The notes under the pieces are model-generated. The model saw only the letters and a program-made list of their open reading frames with translations, ran no database searches and had not been told where the DNA came from. 64,000 bases of DNA, taken from Octopus sinensis (taxonomy: Eukaryota). The position numbers were made by a program, and so were the translations under genes. Positions 56,378 to 64,000 of the stretch are shown piece by piece. The stretch is taken from the NCBI RefSeq assembly GCF_006345805.1, contig NC_042999.1, positions 52,886,001-52,950,000 of the forward strand, read 5' to 3'. Numbering within the stretch: the first letter of the stretch is position 1; the number at the start of each line of letters is the position of its first letter.

Positions 56378-56623
56378 GTGCTAGTCCCAGCTGGCGGGTG
56401 TGATTGCCTCCCCTTTGCAAATATAAGGACACAGAAAATGTCTCAAAGCCGACAGGAAACGTCGATGTTTCCTAGGGTTAAATGGCGGTGGTGTAATTCC
56501 TTTATGGGACTGTCACGTTGAGTTGACAGTATATAACCACTATATCGCTCCACTACCGCTCATGTCTCTCTGAGACATTCAGAAATTCAATGTTTCTAAT
56601 ATATATATATATATATTATATAT

Positions 56624-56693
<70 letters not shown>

Positions 56694-56698
56694 GAGAG

Positions 56699-56737
<39 letters not shown>

Positions 56738-56791
56738 GATAGATAGATAGATAGATAGATAAATAGATAGACGGATGAATAGATAGATAGG

Positions 56792-56825
<34 letters not shown>

Positions 56826-57283
56826 AGAAAGAGTTGGAGAGAGAGAGAAAGAGAGATTGACAGATAGATGGAAATAAATATATACAGAAAGAGAAATAGA
56901 GAGTGAGAGAGAGAGGGAGAGATTACATACACACGCACACACACTCATACTTGTATACGGTAGATACACACTAAATTCGCAACCAAGTATCGAAACCTCG
57001 TGCTGCATGTTCGATTTCTCGCTTCCCCCTCGATGGCACCAATCAAATTTGTGCCCACTTCAAGTGAAGCTGCATGTAACTTATCCAATTCCATAGTTGC
57101 TGAACTAGTTCCACTTCAACACCGATATAAATACAAGGCACCTGTAGAAAAATATTTCTTTTTCTAGTCGACCTTCAGAGAGTAATTTCTTTGCTTCTTA
57201 TCTTTCCTTGCTGTGACGTCAGGCAATGAAAAAGGCAACGCATTCCCTCTGCGACGTTCACACAGTTAATTTCTCTCTTTCTT

Positions 57284-57516
57284 AAGGCGGCGAGCTGGCA
57301 GAAACGTTAGCACGCCTGGCGAAGTGCTTAGCGGTATTTCGTCTGCCGTTACGTTCTGAGTTCAAATTCCGCCGAGGTCAACTTTACCTTTCATCCTTTC
57401 GGGGTCGATAAATTAAGTACCATTTACGCACTGGGGTCGATATAATCGACTTAATCCGTCTGTCTTTCCTTGTTTGTCCCCTCTGTGTTTAGCCCCTTGT
57501 GGGTAGTAAAGAAACA
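57284..57516 (+). mobile_element. Nin/Deu-domain SINE, full length
   Basis: A-box head, GAGTTCAAATTCC B box, CCTTTCATCCTTTCGGGGTCGATAAATTAAGTACCA core. Confidence 0.92.
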
Positions 57517-57539
57517 GGAGGAACAATGTGGGAGGCCGA

Positions 57540-58360
57540 GAGCTATTACGTGGTATGATCAACTGACAGTAATGTCATAAGACAAATGACCTCTTACCAA
57601 ACCGGATGTCCTGTGTTGCTCCGCCAAACTATCAACAAACTGGCAGCCTGTTTCCTCGATCTAAGTAGGTTGCAGAGGAAATATTCTAGTGTATATATGG
57701 AGTTATTAGAGTTGCAGCGAAAGGAATCCCTTATGCAGAAAGAGCCGTGAATGGGTCTGGTGAGTGTGGTGGTGATGCAAAGGAAAGGGTTGGAATGTGT
57801 TAATGCGAAAGAGAGAAGGAAACTCCGAGGGGAACATTTTATGGGGCAGAAACAGCTAGGGACTAGTAGGCTGCACAGGTTGCAGAAAGAGAGAATGGGT
57901 GGGAGAGAGCAGAAACAGGAAGTGTTAGGTTTAGATTGCACTTGGGGGAAGAAGCAAAAGATGGTGTGTTGTACGTGCAACTTGCTGAGAAGGAACCCAG
58001 ATGTGATAGGAAATGCGGGGTGGGATGTAAGGGCTGAGGTACCATCAACAGCATAGAAGCGGCAAAGAGCAAAAATGGACAATAGAGGGACAGTAAGTAC
58101 GTCCAAAGATGAAGTGGCCCATAGTTTGAACCTGCTTACTGAAGTCGATACAGTAGTTAATGAAGCGCCGGAGACAGAGAAACTGGGATTAAGGGACAGA
58201 GCTCTTACTCTAGGTGGGGTGAGGGGAAAGATTAATGGTAGGAGTGGGAGTTGGAGAGGTTGATGATGGAAGTGGTGATGTTATGTGTGGGGAGGTCGAT
58301 GAATATATTGATGTCGAGCAAATGAAGTGAGGTGTCGGAGCATATTTGTGCAAGTGGTTA
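57540..58360 (-). mobile_element. Penelope-like (Neptune-type) remnant: RT thumb/linker and GIY-YIG
   Basis: SVP*SQFLCLRRF, LTSHPA and IRDSFRCNSNNSIY..CNLL resemble PLE SIPYSQFLRLRR, LTYHP and F.C.S.N.IY. Confidence 0.7.
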
Positions 58361-58551
58361 TTTTTGTATATAAGTTTTACATAAATAATGGATTTGCTAA
58401 TTTCCATGTAATTTAAATTCTGTCAGTTAAATTGACGAATGTTTTTAGGTAACAATTATTCATGTTATTTAAAATTCTGAAGGTTTAGCATTTCTGTTCA
58501 CTTAACACTAATCATTTTCGATTATCTATGTATATGTATACAAACATACAT

Positions 58552-58640
<89 letters not shown>

Positions 58641-58826
58641 GCATGTGGAACGAGCGTATGTATTAAATCTAGTTTTGTATTAATCTAATTTTGATTCAAC
58701 ATATTTTTCTCCTCCATTTTTATACTTGTTTATGCTATATTATACCTGTAACGATATTTTTCAACTATATAGATACATACACACACACACACATATACAT
58801 ATATATATATATAATATATATATATA

Positions 58827-58870
<44 letters not shown>

Positions 58871-58884
58871 TATATACATATATG

Positions 58885-58916
<32 letters not shown>

Positions 58917-59808
58917 ATATATATTATATATATATATATACATATATACATACATCACATATATATACATATATATATGTATGCATGCATGCATGTATGT
59001 ACATATGTATGTATATATTAGTAAAATGTAAGGGATTACCTCAAAACAATTATCAGTTTGCTCTCAGGTGTTCAAAATATGTTAATCAACAGTTATCGTA
59101 TAAATCCAGTAAAGTTTTTAGAAGATAAAAGATTAGAGGAATATTCCGTTGGATTATTCTGAACATATTTCCTAAACAATACCGGTTTCCTGATTAATTA
59201 TTCACTTATAATTGGCAAATGTGAATTTCATTAAGCGGTCATACCGAGGGACATCAAGCTAAAACCATGAAGAAACTGGACCGTAATATTGTAGGGTTGC
59301 AATTACAACGATTACTATTCGGTGCAACTGAAACATGCTTTGATCTTAAAAGGCAGAACATAATTATAGAATTAAAGGTAATACTATTACTACTTCGGAG
59401 TAATCCTTACTTTAAATACTGTCAACACACACACACACACAGACACACACACAAACACACATATACATGCATAGATGTTAAATATATTATCTTTGTTTTA
59501 TTTTCTTGATCTCAATCATTGGACTGCGGTCATGCTGCGGTACCGTGTTGAAGGCATTAATCGAACCAACCACCCAATGCTTTCAGTTATCCTATCGGTT
59601 TTATACCGAACCGGTTAGATATGAGCACGTGAGCAAACCAATACTGCTTGTCGAGCGAACGTAGGGAACTCGAAGGCGTCCGTTTCTGTAGAAGAGCGAA
59701 GGTTCGAAACATAAAAGACGTTTTTAATTTCCTGAGCATTATACTAATACATCTGTTTGTTTTGTACACCATCTGTCTTCGTCTTTTGTTCTTTTCGTGA
59801 ACTTTCCC

Positions 59809-59839
<31 letters not shown>

Positions 59840-60829
59840 ATATGTGTGTATGTATATATGTATATATGTACGTACGTACGCACGTATACATTGGTGTATG
59901 TATATGTTTATATGTGTATGTATGTATTATGTATGTATGTATGTAAACTGGCTTCCATACAGTTTCCCTCAACTAAATTCTCTCACAAAGCATTAGCTGG
60001 CCTAGAAGATGCCCAAGCTGCAGCTCAGTGGGACAAAATCGGAATCTACGTGGCTGCAAAGTAAGCTTATAATAGTTACAAACACACAAGCAAAATTTGA
60101 AGGATGATGAAGGTGTCTAACCAATAAAAACTCTGGATTTATACAACCAAAAACACATGTGAAAAAGCTTAGGAATTCCCGAAAGAGAATTGCAAAGAAG
60201 ATGTGTGTATTACGACAATATATAAACGATCGAGAATCTGGTGTTTTGTGTTATCCCCGTTTTCAAAGACATGTAAATGTATTGAGAGGCAGAGTGAAAA
60301 GGGAAATAAGATGGATACCAATGTAACGACAAAATACGCAAATGGAGGGTATCACAATAGGATTGGGATCAAAAGAAAAAAAGAGAAAGAGAAGTTGTGA
60401 AGTCGAGAAAGTGAAAAGGAGAGAGTGTGTTAGATGAAAGAAGAAGGTAGACGAAGAATAAAATACAGAGAAATGGTAAAAGAGCAGAATACTGAGAGAA
60501 TAGAATTGTTGGTGGTTGTATGTGGGAGAGCGAAATATGTAATGTTGGCATGTATAAACGTACAAAACTCGTCTGTGTGTCCATTGAGATCAAGTACTAC
60601 CATATAAGGTGGTGACATGGCAGAATCGCTCGCATGCCGGACAAAGTGCTTAGCAGCATTTCGTCCGCCTTTACGTTCTGAGTTCAAATGTCACCGTGGT
60701 CGACTTTGTATTCGTCCTTTGGAAGTCGGATAAAATAAGTACCAGTTGAGTACTGGGGTCGACGTGTTCGACTTAGCCCCTACCCCCGAAAGTGCTGGTC
60801 TTGTGCCAAACTTTGAAACCAATATATAA

Positions 60830-61630
60830 TAGAAAAATACTCTTTGTAAATCTCACAACGAGAGATATTCAGCAACAGCATTTGGGAGTAAAGATTATTT
60901 GCCAAAATAACATAGCAGTCCTGTGTAGGACGAAAGGAAATAACCCGGAAATCGCGATACACAGATATTTTTTTGAGCTGAGTGGGGGTGCTAGATGCAC
61001 TTGTTCGAAAATATAAGGACACGATGTCTCCTGGAGCTAAATCACAGCATGTTATGTTGGCATATAATCTTTACTCTAATATATAGTATTTGCATGTATG
61101 TCTGTATTTTAATGGTGCATCCAGGTAGGGTGCATACGTTTGTGTGTTTGTAAATGCCGAGCTAAAGGGTGGAACAGTGTGCTTGTGGGTGTATGAAGGA
61201 TTGTGAAAGTGTATGGGAGTAGGCAGAGTTGTTTTCTAGTGATGCGTATATGTGCAAGTTGCTGTTTGTGTGGATATATTGATAAATAGGTTTAGTGTGC
61301 GTGTTGGGCGGCGGGATGTATGCGTGTGTGCGTGGGGGGCATGGGAATGGTTGTTTGGATGAAATGTAGAAGTGGTGTGTTAGGACGCAGTTATGAGATC
61401 ACCCACGCGGTAACCACGAACGAAGAGTGAACAAAACGGAGCGAGAGAGAAGGTATTGTTCTTGTCACAGCAATAATACGTGGGACGGGGAAGCGAGGTG
61501 ACGTGAAATGACGTCGCAGACCGAACGGTGACAAATGGCGTCGGCAAGTGAGATGAAGTGACGTGCGGCGAGTAAATTGATGATGCTTAGGCAGGTATAT
61601 CGTGGGTGTTAATGCGTTAACTATATATAT
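60830..61630 (-). mobile_element. Possible second decayed PLE remnant
   Basis: LFVRGY motif and base composition similar to 57540-58360. Confidence 0.35.
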
Positions 61631-61632
61631 AC

Positions 61633-61669
<37 letters not shown>

Positions 61670-61816
61670 AGTAGGTGAATGAATTATCCTATGCTTATCG
61701 TCAGCATGGGAAATTCATTTAACCGAAACCTGGGTAGCAAATTCACGTCAGAAAACACGGTTGAAGAGTAAAGAATTTTGTTAACATATTCGTTCGACTC
61801 CATTCTTTCATCTATT

Positions 61817-61875
<59 letters not shown>

Positions 61876-62086
61876 GTATGTATGTATATGTATGTGTGGA
61901 AGAACGTACGCTCGAAACGTTAAATACTTTTTCACTTTAAATTTCCGTCTACCTTAATCCACTCACAAGGTTTTCCCGGACGAGGCTATAGTAGAAGACA
62001 CTTACCTAAGGTATCACGCAGTGGGACTGAACACGGAACCATGTGGTTGGTAAGCAATCTACTTACCACATAGCCCCTCCTGCGCC

Positions 62087-62131
<45 letters not shown>

Positions 62132-62956
62132 TTACGCTTGTATATAATACAATATGAAAAAATATTCAATATGTCGATATGAGTTGATATGTTTAATAAA
62201 CATACGCAATATAGAGTTTCTTTTAGTTGTAATTCATAGACACTTGACTTTGATTGATGTAACATTGTTACATACAGTTTACGTTAGTTTACGGAACAAG
62301 TGCATTATAAATATATATATATATATATGGAGAATGGTTATTAGATTACACATTGCAGAGAGTTAATTTGAATACCAGTGCTACTGTGACAACTTTTGAA
62401 AACGCACCGATGCAGTATGAATGGTTATCTAATATCATGGTTATACAATTTAATAACTTTTTCTCATCATCAGAGAGGATAATGCGGTCAGAAGATGCTT
62501 TAATATATATTTCTATTATAGTCAGGAGTGCGGACTGTGGCAATGATTTTACAGGGCTTCCCTGGTTAGAGACGAAACAGAGAGGCATTAAACGTCAAAC
62601 CAGAAACTGATCCGATTGCTTGTAAGAGATTGCACTTTGCTAAAATCGCCGAAGACACCAATATAATGGTGGTACACATAACTCAAAACACGTCCAATCA
62701 ATGTTCATAATTTTCTACCAATCATTATCTCTGTTCTTCTTCAGGTTTGTGGGTCCTGGGTGAGAAGATTATAACGTTACTACTCTTGATTTAGAAGGCA
62801 AGGTACTGATTTCGAGGATAAACGATAGGGAATAGAAACATAGAGATAGTATCCTAATATATCCCAACTTTAAATATCATGTTGAGATTCTAATAAATTG
62901 CAATGCATGATTGTGTATGTGAATGTATGGGCAGACATAGATACATACATACATAC

Positions 62957-63022
<66 letters not shown>

Positions 63023-63027
<5 letters not shown>

Positions 63028-63291
63028 CGTATATTTGCCATTGAAATATGGCTAGCCACTAAGGGTGGATGCTACTGTAGCTTGTAGCCGCAGGAGGCCA
63101 CCGCCTCCAGCTGGCTATAGACACAGATAGGGCACAGAAAGTGTGTCTATAGCCAGCTGGAGGTGGTGGCCTCCTGGGGCTACAAACTACAGTAGCATCC
63201 ACCTTTAGGAGTTAGCCATATTTCAATGGCAAATATACGTCACGATGTGTTTAGCTAGTGTTTATAACTCGGTCCGAGATTTATTATTGCT
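63023..63291. repeat. Solo hairpin copy of the terminal repeat of element 23185-25200
   Basis: Arms about 63024-63124 and 63142-63243, plus an extension; corresponds to the reverse complement of 24936-25200. Confidence 0.9.
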
Positions 63292-63304
63292 TATATATAT
63301 ATAT

Positions 63305-63438
63305 TATTTATTTCATAGAAGGAGCTTCTACAGGACTAGAACTGTTTCATTCAAATGAAATCATCAGGAAGCTTCCTGATGATTTCATTTGAATGAAACA
63401 GTTCTAGTCCTTTGGAAGCTCCTTCTATAAAATAAATT
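63305..63438. repeat. Near-perfect spacerless palindrome with HHR cores on both strands
   Basis: Centre AAG|CTT at 63371/63372; CTGATGA-TTTCATTTGAAT-GAAACAGTT. Confidence 0.88.
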
Positions 63439-63531
63439 AATTTACTCTGCTATCTATTGAGTACCTTAATTACAGTGGTTAACCCCGACTCAACCCGGGA
63501 TCTACACATATATATATATATATATATGTAT

Positions 63532-63593
<62 letters not shown>

Positions 63594-63801
63594 ATACATA
63601 CACACATTTAGATCTTCAGTCTCTCGCTTTCCCAGCTGAGCTATTTCGGTGTGATAGGAAGGTTGCTTTCTAACCACATGGCTCTGGGTTCAGTCCCTCT
63701 GCGTGGCACCTAGGGAAAGTGATTTTACTTTAGCCTCGTACCAACCAAAGCCTTGTGAGTGAATTTGTTTGGGGAGAAACTGGAAGAAGCACGTCGTATA
63801 G

Positions 63802-63883
<82 letters not shown>

Positions 63884-63884
63884 T

Positions 63885-64000
63885 CTAGCAGTATCGCCCG
63901 GCGTTGCTCGGGTTTGTAAGGGAAATAACTATATAAGCATTTTTAGAGAGTTACTTCCCTTATAAATTCGGGCTTTCTTAGCCATTTTTGTTTTGGTGTC
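63885..64000 (+). mobile_element. Probable non-autonomous Helitron/Helentron-type end, truncated by the window
   Basis: CTAGCAGTATCGCCCGGCGTTGCTCGGG small hairpin terminus next to (TA)n. Confidence 0.45.

Larger units (their letters stand above)
54237..56541 (-). mobile_element. Element with ~325-bp inverted terminal repeats containing HHRs and one Gag/ORF1-like ORF
   Basis: ITRs 54237-54560 and 56216-56541; partial direct copy about 56140-56213; the left end abuts (TA)n. Confidence 0.85.

Noticed and set aside
54236-56542. CACTA (EnSpm) transposon interpretation of the ends
   Set aside because: The ends read TAGTG...CACTA, the reverse of CACTA...TAGTG, and no transposase is present.

Overview
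AT-rich, microsatellite-saturated animal DNA, either intergenic or a large intron. The SINE families (Nin/Deu-domain and CORE-like tRNA SINEs) resemble those I recall from octopus, so a coleoid cephalopod source is inferred but not proven. I can support no intact host gene, and most listed ORFs are microsatellite or antisense artefacts. The window holds decayed LINEs (CR1/L2-like, L1/Tx1, RTE, RLE-type), Penelope-like elements (PLEs), mariner remnants, a pogo-type MITE and many SINEs. The most notable signal is a recurring link between type I hammerhead ribozyme (HHR) motifs, inverted repeats and (TA)n tracts. (i) Two homologous 2-2.3 kb elements (23185-25200, 54237-56541) each carry one Gag/ORF1-like CCHC ORF and no RT or endonuclease, in a Penelope-style direct-plus-inverted repeat layout. 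The second has HHRs in its repeats. (ii) A ~555-bp HHR-bearing tandem array flips orientation midway (36825-39613). (iii) A tRNA-head/(AAT)n/HHR chimera sits inside a Penelope endonuclease remnant. (iv) Several short palindromes carry HHR cores on both strands. All calls are by eye and boundaries are approximate.
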